From: a virus
Strand: one strand, 5' to 3'
DNA: 64,000 nt
Virus record (IMG/VR): IMGVR_UViG_3300030107_002332
Shown in pieces: positions 1 through 9,585 of this stretch; position 1 is the first letter of the stretch; each line of letters opens with the position of its first letter. The notes beneath the pieces are model-generated. The model saw only the letters and a list, made by a program, of their open reading frames with translations, was not told the DNA's origin and ran no database searches. A program made the position numbers and the translations under genes.

Positions 1-2
1 GT

Positions 3-701
3 CTTCATATAGAAATGACCCATCCAACTACCACATGCTTTACCCCATCCGTTAGTTCCTGGTGAATTACTCCATGTTGACCATGACTCATTTGCCCATG
101 TCATATATTGAGCAGTACCACCTGTCTTCATGTATCCTCTTAATCTTCCTTGTGTCCCTGCTGTATAGTCACCACCACTACCAAATCCATTAGTAGTAGC
201 ATTAGAATCATTCTTCATATTAGTTCTATCAGTGGTGCTATTACCACCTCCACTAATATAGATATGAGCACCCATGTAATGATAATCAATCATACATCCC
301 ATGTCATTCCTACTAACATTCATTCCAGATTGATTACCTCTGTTTGATTCATTGCTCATTTGCATTGACCAAACTCTGTTAGACCATCCAGAGAATGAAT
401 TATCAGTACCATAGCAATACATGTGAAGATCACTAAATGCACCATCAATATATGATCCAGCATCATTCATCTTGTCACCAAGATTAGTTGATGTATCATT
501 ACTATGTTGTGTCCTATTTACATTTCTCCAAGGAGCAGCATTTTTATATCCTCCAGCAACGAACCCATGCGTACATATCCTTGATCTCTCCCAAGGTGTA
601 GCAGTAGGTCCATGTTCACTACCTTGTGATCTACTATGCTTTGCTCTACCAGAGGTTACAAATGGTCCTTGTGCAGTAGCACTTGCCGTTAGTCCTGACA
701 T
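3..701 (-). CDS. Beta-propeller (kelch-like) fibre-associated protein, 3' truncated by window edge
   Basis: Hand translation from ATG 701 (MSGLTASATAQGPF...) is open to the edge; motif RICTHGFVAGGYKNAAPWRNVNRT matches RIWTHGYVAGGYKNSSAWRTVNRT in ORF 6118-7509. Absent from ORF track. Confidence 0.8.
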   Translation of the reverse strand, partial: MSGLTASATAQGPFVTSGRAKHSRSQGSEHGPTATPWERSRICTHGFVAGGYKNAAPWRNVNRTQHSNDTSTNLGDKMNDAGSYIDGAFSDLHMYCYGTDNSFSGWSNRVWSMQMSNESNRGNQSGMNVSRNDMGCMIDYHYMGAHIYISGGGNSTTDRTNMKNDSNATTNGFGSGGDYTAGTQGRLRGYMKTGGTAQYMTWANESWSTWSNSPGTNGWGKACGSWMGHFYMK

Positions 702-714
702 TCAAGTTCCCTCC

Positions 715-1251
715 TTATGTGTAGAAGTTCTGGTTAGCATAAATTCGGAAGTCATTATTACCGATCTTCATTATAGTATATGTGTATACATCAACAGAGT
801 TAGTATGTCCTGAGTTAGGAGTACCAAATCCACCTAACCATTTTGGTGTCTTACCACTACCATCTATTTGCCATCCATTATTATAATATGCTGTACTACC
901 TTGCTGAACATATAGTACAAATGTAAGAGACTGATCTGTACTCATTTCACTATTCAATGTAACTGAAGAACTACCTCTAAAGTTCACTGTCCAGTTACCA
1001 CCAGCATTACCAGTATAATGATATATTTGTGCAGTCTGAAAATCTAAATTAATAGTTCCTGATAAAGCACTACTTGAGTTTACTATTGTCTCTTTACCTC
1101 CACCACCTCCTGCTGGTGCTGCCCACGCTAAAACTCCAGCACCATTTGTGGTAAGCACATCATTGGCATTACCTTGTACATTTGGATAGGTATTAGTTCC
1201 TGCAATGAGACTGGTGCTTACTGTTGCAGTACCTACTGTAAGTGCTGACAT
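715..1251 (-). CDS. Tail-fibre-associated small structural protein
   Basis: 178 aa, G/T/N-rich, VLTTNGAGVLAW linker and beta-rich C-terminal domain of the kind seen in marine phage fibres; late promoter upstream. Confidence 0.55.
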   Translation of the reverse strand: MSALTVGTATVSTSLIAGTNTYPNVQGNANDVLTTNGAGVLAWAAPAGGGGGKETIVNSSSALSGTINLDFQTAQIYHYTGNAGGNWTVNFRGSSSVTLNSEMSTDQSLTFVLYVQQGSTAYYNNGWQIDGSGKTPKWLGGFGTPNSGHTNSVDVYTYTIMKIGNNDFRIYANQNFYT

Positions 1252-1275
1252 TTATTCTATACTATTTCTCTCAGT

Positions 1276-1283
1276 TATTTATA
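1276..1283 (-). promoter_or_regulatory. T4-type late promoter TATAAATA
   Basis: Exact consensus upstream of 715-1251. Confidence 0.7.
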
Positions 1284-2304
1284 TAATCAATGTGAAGAAC
1301 CCATACGTTATTAAACATGCACACAATCCTCCTAATACTTTATAATATTTCTTGATAGGTGTACCAAAATACTGTTGACCAATCATTAAACACTTATGTG
1401 CTGGTGATAATAGATAACCAGAATACTCTGTAGTTAAGAACCATACAAGATATTGTGGTCCAAATATAGCAACTAACGCTGAAGTCATACCAGCATACTT
1501 ACCACTACTACCCATAATATATGCTGCTACTGCTGCTACAATACTAACAGGTATAATCATAGTAGTATCTGCACTCTTAAGATACTCCATCACTGGTGCA
1601 TGTATCTGTTTAACTACACCACCTAATGCCAATACTACTGTTGCAATGATAGCAAACTTACCATCCAAATATTTACCCCACTTCCAATCTTTACATATAA
1701 TACTATAATAACATGCCATAGCAGCAAACCAAGGGAAGAAGAATATAGCACCTGCTTTACCTACACATAATAAGAACCATAGTGTAGCAATAAATGGTGC
1801 CCATCCTCTTAATGCTCTCTTCCAATTAAAATCACTAATATTACTCATGTCAGGAACAACACTTTGAGGATCTACCTTAGTAAAAATATACCACCATGTA
1901 TATGCTAAACATATACACAATGGTACAATAGTATATCCTAAAAATGTAGTATAACTTATACCCATGACTGCCATAGGTAGTGCCACAGTCTTTTCAAGTG
2001 GACTCCACCAATAGTAATGATGAGTAGAAAGATAATCAATTATACCAAACTCACTTCTCTTTCTCTTATTTTCTGGTGCTATAGCATCTAATAATGGTGC
2101 TGATAGTGCTACTCTACCAGGTATAGGTAGGACTCCACCAAATATAGATGTAATGATTATCATCACACGATTATCTTTTACATATCTCTTTGCTAATGAA
2201 TATACATCATCCAATACATGATATTGACGAATAAATCCACCCAATATCATAATACCGAAAATGTAACCCATGTAGAGTTCATTCTTAAGGATCGCTGATA
2301 ACAT
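1279..2304 (-). CDS. Multi-pass membrane permease, ion-transporter (IT) superfamily, DUF401-like
   Basis: 341 aa, many hydrophobic segments; GGVLPIPG, HHYYWWSPL and LLSPAHKCL motifs recall DUF401/ArsB-NhaD-type permeases. Confidence 0.65.
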   Translation of the reverse strand: MLSAILKNELYMGYIFGIMILGGFIRQYHVLDDVYSLAKRYVKDNRVMIIITSIFGGVLPIPGRVALSAPLLDAIAPENKRKRSEFGIIDYLSTHHYYWWSPLEKTVALPMAVMGISYTTFLGYTIVPLCICLAYTWWYIFTKVDPQSVVPDMSNISDFNWKRALRGWAPFIATLWFLLCVGKAGAIFFFPWFAAMACYYSIICKDWKWGKYLDGKFAIIATVVLALGGVVKQIHAPVMEYLKSADTTMIIPVSIVAAVAAYIMGSSGKYAGMTSALVAIFGPQYLVWFLTTEYSGYLLSPAHKCLMIGQQYFGTPIKKYYKVLGGLCACLITYGFFTLII

Positions 2305-2803
2305 AGTTTAAATTTAATACCATTCTATATGTCTGATCGCTGCATGATACAGACGTATGCTTTATATAGTTTGGAAATGTGACCAATCTATTTGCAACAC
2401 TGTGTATTTTAACACCATCCTCAAATTCTGTCCACCCATTATTAGTATTCATATAAAATATGGACACCATAACTGATGGATTTGTAGTGTTTGTTATGTC
2501 AACATGTAGATTATGTTTTAATTGAGTATCATGTTGTAGAGTAATATTTCCTTTAATTCTCAACACAGCAAGAGGATCTATCTTCTTGACTAAAGGAAAT
2601 AATATATTACACCCATCCATTGCCATATTATTTTCATAAAAGTAATGAACGAATTGCATATTACGCAACTTATTACCTTCATGCTCTTCTGCATCAATAC
2701 TTGATGGATACCAAGGGAATGATGGCATGAGTAACTCATTAGATAATGTATTAAATGTACCAGTATCTAAAAAGTTATCAGTAATTTTATAATAGTCTTG
2801 CAC
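2285..2803 (-). CDS. 2OG-Fe(II) oxygenase-like protein
   Basis: HxD (LHVD), distal H (KHTSVS), RxxLNxN C-terminal strand. Confidence 0.75.
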   Translation of the reverse strand: MQDYYKITDNFLDTGTFNTLSNELLMPSFPWYPSSIDAEEHEGNKLRNMQFVHYFYENNMAMDGCNILFPLVKKIDPLAVLRIKGNITLQHDTQLKHNLHVDITNTTNPSVMVSIFYMNTNNGWTEFEDGVKIHSVANRLVTFPNYIKHTSVSCSDQTYRMVLNLNYVISDP

Positions 2804-4556
2804 CTGCTCCCTCTTGAGTCTTATCTACAACAACTATATACATACCATTCCACCAATCATTAGCATCTTCTAATTCTTTTGTTAATAACTTCCTTTCAAA
2901 TACTACAGTCTTATCTTTTAAAAACTTCTCAGTAGTTTCAATCACACCTTCAAAGTTAGCATCATCAACAATTAAAACATAACTATCTGCTGCTTGACTA
3001 TGAATCTTCTCTAAGTTAGTGACCATCCTTGAGTCTTGATTATCAGCATCATAGAATACTACATTAGGTGGGAACTGAGGATTATACTCTACTTCATGTA
3101 TAGGTCTAACTGATAATCCAACTGAATTATCCTCACTCATCCATTTCTCTGTATTATCAACAAATGTTTGTATAGGATTCTCTACCTCAAACTGTGAATG
3201 TAAATCTTTACGTCTTGGTTTAACTACACCTGCTGAGTAATCATCAATAGCATATGCTCTGACATCTTTATTACCCATTAGTGCTGCAAACAATGTGCTA
3301 CCCATGTAACATCCAGCATCAACATATACTGTACCAGGTACACTACACATATTATTAAGGAAGTGTCTAACTTTAGATGATGATAACCCTAAGACATCAT
3401 ACCCTTCAGGTTTGAAATTAGAATTATTATCAACAGCACCATCTATTGCCTTGATAACTCTGTCTATAAGTGGATTCAAAACTCTCTTCTCCTTCTTCAT
3501 GGATGATTCTACCACAGACTCACAGTAATTGCAATCCCAACAATCGAACTTGCATGTCTTGATTTTGTCTCGCCATATATTTATAGGTGCATCCTTAAGA
3601 TGTAAATCCTTAAAGAATGGATCAAAATCATTATATAATAATTCCTCATCTGCATCCCACTTAGCAATAATATCCATTGATTCTTTCATTCTTATGGCAT
3701 TATCTCTACCATGAAATTTGAATACATCAATACCTAAGTCAAAGAACTCTTCCCAATCTGCTTTCCAAGGTGGTAAGTTAGATCCCTTAAGTGCACTAGC
3801 AGGATCATATACATCCCAACGACTACATGATACTCTACTAATTTCACTATAAAAGAACTGAGGATCTCTTCCTTCTCTTGTTGCATTAATATGATAATGC
3901 TCTGGCATAATAGGACAACCACCCCAACATCCCTCATTAACTAATAATGAGATCTTAATTGGTTTACCTTTATCTGCACAATATTCCTTTGCTTTTTTAA
4001 TACGCAACAATAGTTCTTTGTCACGCATTAGATCACGATCTAAATTGACATAATGAAACCCAGACGTAGCAAGAGATACTATCTCATTAGGTCTTGCAAC
4101 CTCTCTAAGTATAGTATTCTTAATGTACAGTTCTGGGAACTCTTTTTGTATTTGTCCTGTAGATACCCATGAAGTATGAGGTAACGTAACAGTCTTTACA
4201 CCAATATTATATAATGGTGTAAAATTCTCAATCCAAATATCTAAATTCTTCTGGTCAGGTCTTACCCATAGACTATTAAATGTTGCTGACAATGGTATGC
4301 CAGTCTCTTGCATTATATAAAATGAATTCTTAGCAGCATCCTTCGCATCACTTTCTGTACGAAAGGTGTCACCCATTGCATCATTCATAAATGGTGGCAT
4401 ACGACAAGTAAAATACAAGTCGTATATTAAATGCTTATGCTTTTTTAGAAATGGAATCAGTGATTCTTCTATCAACTCTGGAGGAAGTTTCGGGTTGATC
4501 GGAAGACTGAAGATTCCTTTCTTTTCTATCTGCGAGGTTACTGGTTGCATAATCAC
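2787..4556 (-). CDS. U32-family-like (putative Fe-S) domain fused to class I SAM methyltransferase
   Basis: VNEGCWGGC, GIDVFKFHGR (cf. U32 GVDSLKIEGR), CKFDCWDCNYC; C-terminal VDAGCYMGST, VFYDAD, LIVDD methyltransferase motifs. Confidence 0.7.
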   Translation of the reverse strand: MIMQPVTSQIEKKGIFSLPINPKLPPELIEESLIPFLKKHKHLIYDLYFTCRMPPFMNDAMGDTFRTESDAKDAAKNSFYIMQETGIPLSATFNSLWVRPDQKNLDIWIENFTPLYNIGVKTVTLPHTSWVSTGQIQKEFPELYIKNTILREVARPNEIVSLATSGFHYVNLDRDLMRDKELLLRIKKAKEYCADKGKPIKISLLVNEGCWGGCPIMPEHYHINATREGRDPQFFYSEISRVSCSRWDVYDPASALKGSNLPPWKADWEEFFDLGIDVFKFHGRDNAIRMKESMDIIAKWDADEELLYNDFDPFFKDLHLKDAPINIWRDKIKTCKFDCWDCNYCESVVESSMKKEKRVLNPLIDRVIKAIDGAVDNNSNFKPEGYDVLGLSSSKVRHFLNNMCSVPGTVYVDAGCYMGSTLFAALMGNKDVRAYAIDDYSAGVVKPRRKDLHSQFEVENPIQTFVDNTEKWMSEDNSVGLSVRPIHEVEYNPQFPPNVVFYDADNQDSRMVTNLEKIHSQAADSYVLIVDDANFEGVIETTEKFLKDKTVVFERKLLTKELEDANDWWNGMYIVVVDKTQEGAGARLL

Positions 4557-5379
4557 TTAAAACACCTGCGGTGTCAAACATTTGTGGTGGTTGATCTTTC
4601 AACATTCTATCAACTTTATCTTCTGCTGCTTCTTTAATTTTACCAACAGATTTATTCATTGCTGTAGAATATGTCATAGCGAGATCAGTCACTGCTGCTT
4701 GATCTTCGGGATTCATCATCAACATACTATCTAGGTTACCTGCCTGAATACGTCCTGTAGTAAGAAGATCCGTTGCGGATTGTTTTGCCATACGAGCAAT
4801 CCAATACTTATGCTCTTCTTCTTCCTGAAGATTTTTATCAGAAAGATACTTAGTAACCTCACTTGCAGGTAGATCACCTACCTTTTCTTTGATGATACTT
4901 AATATACCTGATAGTTCTGATTGACATTGACGTATTTTATTCTTCCAACTCTGTAAGTCAAGATATAATAGTTCTAATTCATATTTCTTATCTTCTTTCC
5001 AATACTCATCCTTCTCTTCATTCATTTCTGCTTCTACACGTTTGCAATCATTAATAGATCTTTTATACTGTATAATTACTCGTTGTAATGATTGATAACG
5101 TGACTGTACTTCCATACATGCCTGTCTAATCTGACGGTATGGTGTGACTTGTGAATTAACTACGAACCATCTATTCTGAAACTCAGTCTGTTCAAAGAAA
5201 GCAGTATCAGTCCAGTCTATTATACCTCTATCAAAATCATCAACACCTTTCCAATCCAATGATGGATCAGAAAAGGAGTCGAGATCCTCCATAATATTAT
5301 CGATTGTATATCTAGGATCCTTAGAAACGTATTCCGTACTTAAATGGTTTTTCTCGTTCGACGAGTCCTGTTTCTTCAT
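4435..5379 (-). CDS. Coiled-coil hypothetical protein
   Basis: 314 aa, charged helical; overlaps both neighbours. Confidence 0.7.
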   Translation of the reverse strand: MKKQDSSNEKNHLSTEYVSKDPRYTIDNIMEDLDSFSDPSLDWKGVDDFDRGIIDWTDTAFFEQTEFQNRWFVVNSQVTPYRQIRQACMEVQSRYQSLQRVIIQYKRSINDCKRVEAEMNEEKDEYWKEDKKYELELLYLDLQSWKNKIRQCQSELSGILSIIKEKVGDLPASEVTKYLSDKNLQEEEEHKYWIARMAKQSATDLLTTGRIQAGNLDSMLMMNPEDQAAVTDLAMTYSTAMNKSVGKIKEAAEDKVDRMLKDQPPQMFDTAGVLSDYATSNLADRKERNLQSSDQPETSSRVDRRITDSISKKA

Positions 5380-6115
5380 TACGAATTCCTCTTCCTGTAT
5401 CTAATGTTTGTTGGTCAGTCATTTGCTCACCATAGTAATCTTCAAGGAATATATTAATCTCTGCAACTGTAGTACATGCTTTAAGTGCACGAATTACTTT
5501 TTGTTCAGCAACAGCAAGATCATATAATTTTTCTTTCCAACTAACGTGGGATGTTACTATTTTAGTAGCAAACTCCTCTGTTGTCAATCCCCTCAGTTCT
5601 GCAAGTCGATTAATCAACTTAGGTTCAAACTTATCATCATCTAAAACTGCTTTAGATTCTGCAAGTTGATCTGGGAAGACTGCCTGTTCAAGGTAAGAGT
5701 ATTTAGTCTTTAATACGTTGAGTCTTTTCTCAAAAATTTCTTGTGTCTTTAGGGTTATTACGTCCTGCATAAATGGTACGACATACTTACCAAATATACT
5801 TTTATCTTCTATCTCTACCTTTTCTTTTAAAGTAGTTCCTTCATCATTAACACCATATTCAGATCTCTTAAATCTTGTCTCACCCCAATACCTTGCCCCA
5901 AAATCTGCTTCCTTATAGGTATAACGAAGATGTGTAATATCATTAGGAATATAGTCCCAGAACTCATCATCCAGCACATAATATTCTATCCCCATGTTGC
6001 CACCAAGAAGAGTACCCCATGTGTCTACTTGAGGAAATTTCTCTACATCCAAGACTATCACATCAGAATATCCTGGATTCTCTCTGGTATTAGGACTTGT
6101 TAAAACGCTAGACAT
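5321..6115 (-). CDS. Tail-fibre assembly chaperone-like protein
   Basis: EQAVFPDQLAES...LINRLAELRGLTTEEFATKI resembles phage fibre-assembly proteins; directly downstream of a fibre gene. Confidence 0.5.
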   Translation of the reverse strand: MSSVLTSPNTRENPGYSDVIVLDVEKFPQVDTWGTLLGGNMGIEYYVLDDEFWDYIPNDITHLRYTYKEADFGARYWGETRFKRSEYGVNDEGTTLKEKVEIEDKSIFGKYVVPFMQDVITLKTQEIFEKRLNVLKTKYSYLEQAVFPDQLAESKAVLDDDKFEPKLINRLAELRGLTTEEFATKIVTSHVSWKEKLYDLAVAEQKVIRALKACTTVAEINIFLEDYYGEQMTDQQTLDTGRGIRNEETGLVEREKPFKYGIRF

Positions 6116-6117
6116 TA

Positions 6118-7509
6118 TTAGTAGTTCGGAATGTTAGTACCATAATCATATGATGCTGCCTGTGATGTTACAGAACTTGCAGATGCACAGTGAGCAGATG
6201 ACATACCACCATGACCTTTCGGTTCAGTAGTTCCACCCAAGTTATTGTATTGGTCAGTATTATAGTTCACCTTGTAAGTGTTATTGTTCTGTGAACCATT
6301 ATAGTTACCTAACATATAACCTTTTCTCATACCCATCTGATAATTCTCCTCTCCAGTCCTACCAAAGTCAAGACCTCTTGTTGAAATACCAGTAGTATCA
6401 TCATTTTTCTGCATACCGTTCTGGTTGTTATTACCAGTACCAACATACATGTGACCTATCATAGTAGACATGATCTTCTTCCAACCATCTCCACCAGGAG
6501 CATGTGCCCAAGAACACCAAGTCTCTGTATTCCACCAGAAACCTTGTCTTGACCATGTATCTCCTCTCTTCTTCCATCCTTTCAATCTACCATGACCACC
6601 CCAAGTTGGGTCATCACCACCATCATAGTGATCGGGTGGGAATCCTGAAGTTCTCATAACCTCAGTCTTCAGGTTCATAACATCAGTTCTTGAGTTACCA
6701 CCACCATATAGATATGAATTACCACCAGCAAATACATGGTCTTGGAATGAACCCATAGAGTTCCTATTCACTGTCATATCCCATGAACCTTGGTGTGTTC
6801 TACCAGATTCAGTTGCCATATTATAGGCAGAAGTATAGTTAGATGATGCTCTGAAACTGTTGTCGAATGAATGACAGAAGTGTGTAATATCATTCCATGA
6901 TCCAGAGAAATATCCTCCAGATCTATCAATGATATCACCAATATTTGTTGTTACGTCAGTAGAGTGAACAGTTCTGTTTACAGTTCTCCATGCAGAAGAG
7001 TTCTTATATCCTCCAGCAACATAACCATGTGTCCAGATTCTTGCACTTGACCAATCATTATCACCAGCATCAAATGCCCAATATGTATTAGTACCATCTG
7101 ATTTTAGTGTAGCACCAACAGAATAATCTGTGCTATATCTATCAGCAGACTGGTCTGGAAATCCTCCTCCACCTGAACCTGCAATCGGTCCCCATTCAAC
7201 TACGTTTGTACTTGCATTAAGTGAGTAACCTTCAAAGGTTCTATCTGTACTATTGTATCTGAATAGACCTTCTACTGCGGTTGCTGGTCTTTGGGCGGTT
7301 GTACCTACAGGTACTTTGACTGCATCAGTAGCATTAATATCTAAACCATAAGACGGAGATGAATCGTTAATACCTATACGATTGTTACCTGCATCAATAT
7401 AAAGTGTTCCAGAGTCAAAACTAAAGTTGCCACTAGATTCCAAGTCAATTCGAGCAGTTCCACCACCACCTGCTAGAGATACAATTTTATCGACATTTAA
7501 CTGTGACAT
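6118..7509 (-). CDS. Tail-fibre-like protein: GTTAQRP adaptor plus beta-propeller (kelch-like) domain
   Basis: VPVGTTAQRP...FRYNSTDRTFEGY module, then G-rich repeated blades (GYVAGG, SYLYGG, GYMLG). Confidence 0.7.
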   Translation of the reverse strand: MSQLNVDKIVSLAGGGGTARIDLESSGNFSFDSGTLYIDAGNNRIGINDSSPSYGLDINATDAVKVPVGTTAQRPATAVEGLFRYNSTDRTFEGYSLNASTNVVEWGPIAGSGGGGFPDQSADRYSTDYSVGATLKSDGTNTYWAFDAGDNDWSSARIWTHGYVAGGYKNSSAWRTVNRTVHSTDVTTNIGDIIDRSGGYFSGSWNDITHFCHSFDNSFRASSNYTSAYNMATESGRTHQGSWDMTVNRNSMGSFQDHVFAGGNSYLYGGGNSRTDVMNLKTEVMRTSGFPPDHYDGGDDPTWGGHGRLKGWKKRGDTWSRQGFWWNTETWCSWAHAPGGDGWKKIMSTMIGHMYVGTGNNNQNGMQKNDDTTGISTRGLDFGRTGEENYQMGMRKGYMLGNYNGSQNNNTYKVNYNTDQYNNLGGTTEPKGHGGMSSAHCASASSVTSQAASYDYGTNIPNY

Positions 7510-7531
7510 GTTTTAATTCTATCCTTCGTAT

Positions 7532-7539
7532 TATTTATA
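7532..7539 (-). promoter_or_regulatory. Late promoter TATAAATA
   Basis: Exact consensus 23 nt upstream of ATG 7509. Confidence 0.75.
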
Positions 7540-7542
7540 GTC

Positions 7543-8526
7543 TTACCTAACCCAGATTTCTGCTCTGATAGTTCTATTCACACCTGTAGTGTTTTGACAA
7601 CACCAAATGTGGTCACCAGCAGAGGAATTTGCCCTATCAACGGCAATACCACCAGAAACGTCGTTAGATCCTTGGTCACCTTCATTGTTCCAACCAAATC
7701 CCCAACGTACTCGGTTACTACCATTACCAGTATAGTTAAAACCATACCATTGGTATCCACCCTGAGATGAGAATCCAGATCCTTGGAACATACTTTCTCC
7801 ACGAGGATTACCAGATAATTGTCCATTACTCTGGAATCTACTAAGACAAGTAGAACTTTGTCCTGTTACATACCAACTCCATCCATTACCATATCCTCCT
7901 GCTTGTCCTCCATTATTGAGGTCAGGGAAGATTGCCATGAAATTTTCTGCTTCAAAGTAATTGAATACATCATACTTTGCATCAGCATCATTTCTTGACA
8001 TATCAGTCTCATTATATGTATTAGTTGATGTCCAATAATTTGTATCATAATCAAATCTACTACCACGTGTACACTTCCATGCTAACATCCATCCACCACC
8101 TTGGAAACCTGGATCTAATGCACAGTAAGTTTGTTTAACACCAATAGAGGGTAAGTTAATATAATATGCACCATTAGTAGTATTACCAGAGTCACGTAGT
8201 TGTTTTGCTGAAGTAGCAGGATTTGCTTCTGATCCTAATGGTTGTGTATTTTGTCCAAATCCTGCAGGTTTACTAAAACCTTCAAGAATATTAATCCATC
8301 CTGAACCATTATAACATTCTAAGTAGTTAGTTTCAATATTTACCCTTATCATTCCTGCTTGAGGACTTGACGGGCGTTGTGCTGTTGTCCCGTATGGTAC
8401 AGAAAATGCAGATTGATTATGCATATCATAAGTACCAGCAACAATTATATTGTTACTCGAATCCATCTCAACTGTAAAGTTGTTATCAGATCCTGCTTCT
8501 ATTTGATTGACGACAAGTTTACTCAT
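7543..8526 (-). CDS. Tail-fibre-like protein with fibrinogen-like C-terminal domain
   Basis: GTTAQRP module; NPATSA...NGAYYI...TYC...GGGWML fibrinogen-type signature; start moved to MSKLVV (8526) by analogy with paralogues. Confidence 0.7.
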   Translation of the reverse strand: MSKLVVNQIEAGSDNNFTVEMDSSNNIIVAGTYDMHNQSAFSVPYGTTAQRPSSPQAGMIRVNIETNYLECYNGSGWINILEGFSKPAGFGQNTQPLGSEANPATSAKQLRDSGNTTNGAYYINLPSIGVKQTYCALDPGFQGGGWMLAWKCTRGSRFDYDTNYWTSTNTYNETDMSRNDADAKYDVFNYFEAENFMAIFPDLNNGGQAGGYGNGWSWYVTGQSSTCLSRFQSNGQLSGNPRGESMFQGSGFSSQGGYQWYGFNYTGNGSNRVRWGFGWNNEGDQGSNDVSGGIAVDRANSSAGDHIWCCQNTTGVNRTIRAEIWVR

Positions 8527-8528
8527 AG

Positions 8529-9563
8529 TTAGTGATAGAAAAACAACCAATACATGTGATTTTGACCACCAGGATTATTAATACCCCATGATCCAGACCA
8601 GTTTGGTTCTGGGAAATTTTGTTCAGAGTAGTTATTATTAGTATTACCTACCCAAGCATGGTGCTCAACGTTACATCCATTAGATGAACATCCAAGAGCA
8701 TTAATCATACTGAAAGTATAGTTTTCACAATTAGCGGGTGATAAATGCCAGACATTATTAGGATCTAACTCACCACGAGAAGATGGTCTATATCTATTGT
8801 CTGAGGCACTTGCACTTCCTTTTAAGAAGGTCATGCCACCTATTTCAGTACCACCAATATTACCATGATTTGCTAAACTAATATGAGATTCAAACATGTT
8901 TTTCATGTTACCACCTCTATTAGTAAAGCACCCATTTATGTATGCTACTTCAGTAGATTGATCGTATGGTGTACCAGAAGTAGACCACCCTTGCATAATC
9001 AATACATCATTAGCACCATTCCATGCATGATAGTGTCTGGACTTCCAATCAGTTTGCATCCAACTGTTTATTGATCCAAATGTAGTTGTATTAGACCAGT
9101 TACCATACCAACTATCACTACCACCAGTATAAGTTCCGTGATTAGTATCATCTGCTATTGATGCTACTCCTACCCAATACTTACTATTAGTATCCTTGAA
9201 AACATATGCCTGTTCTGCTCCTCCACCATCTAAATTAATATAAAATATTCCATTACCTGGGTTTGCAGATGCAATATTCGCCATTGTTGTAAATGGAGAT
9301 CCTGCTGATCCATCTTCAGATCCAAATTCTTTCCAAGTACTACCTGTATATACTTCTACCGAAAGAGTACTAGTGTTCCACCTCATGTATCCTGCTTGAG
9401 GACTACCTGGACGTTGACCTGTTGTTCCTGATGGTAGTCTAACAGCACCATACCCATCATGGTAAACATTGCCGTTAACCTGGAGTGTATGACCAGAATT
9501 AACAGTTACTTGTCCAATTGTTTGAGCAATCCCACCAAGACCACTTACGACAATTTTACTCAT
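8529..9563 (-). CDS. Tail-fibre-like protein with fibrinogen-like/lectin domain
   Basis: LPSGTTGQRP...MRWNT module; G.FYI...YW.V motif. Confidence 0.65.
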   Translation of the reverse strand: MSKIVVSGLGGIAQTIGQVTVNSGHTLQVNGNVYHDGYGAVRLPSGTTGQRPGSPQAGYMRWNTSTLSVEVYTGSTWKEFGSEDGSAGSPFTTMANIASANPGNGIFYINLDGGGAEQAYVFKDTNSKYWVGVASIADDTNHGTYTGGSDSWYGNWSNTTTFGSINSWMQTDWKSRHYHAWNGANDVLIMQGWSTSGTPYDQSTEVAYINGCFTNRGGNMKNMFESHISLANHGNIGGTEIGGMTFLKGSASASDNRYRPSSRGELDPNNVWHLSPANCENYTFSMINALGCSSNGCNVEHHAWVGNTNNNYSEQNFPEPNWSGSWGINNPGGQNHMYWLFFYH

Positions 9564-9585
9564 GAGATGAATACTTTTCTTTTAT

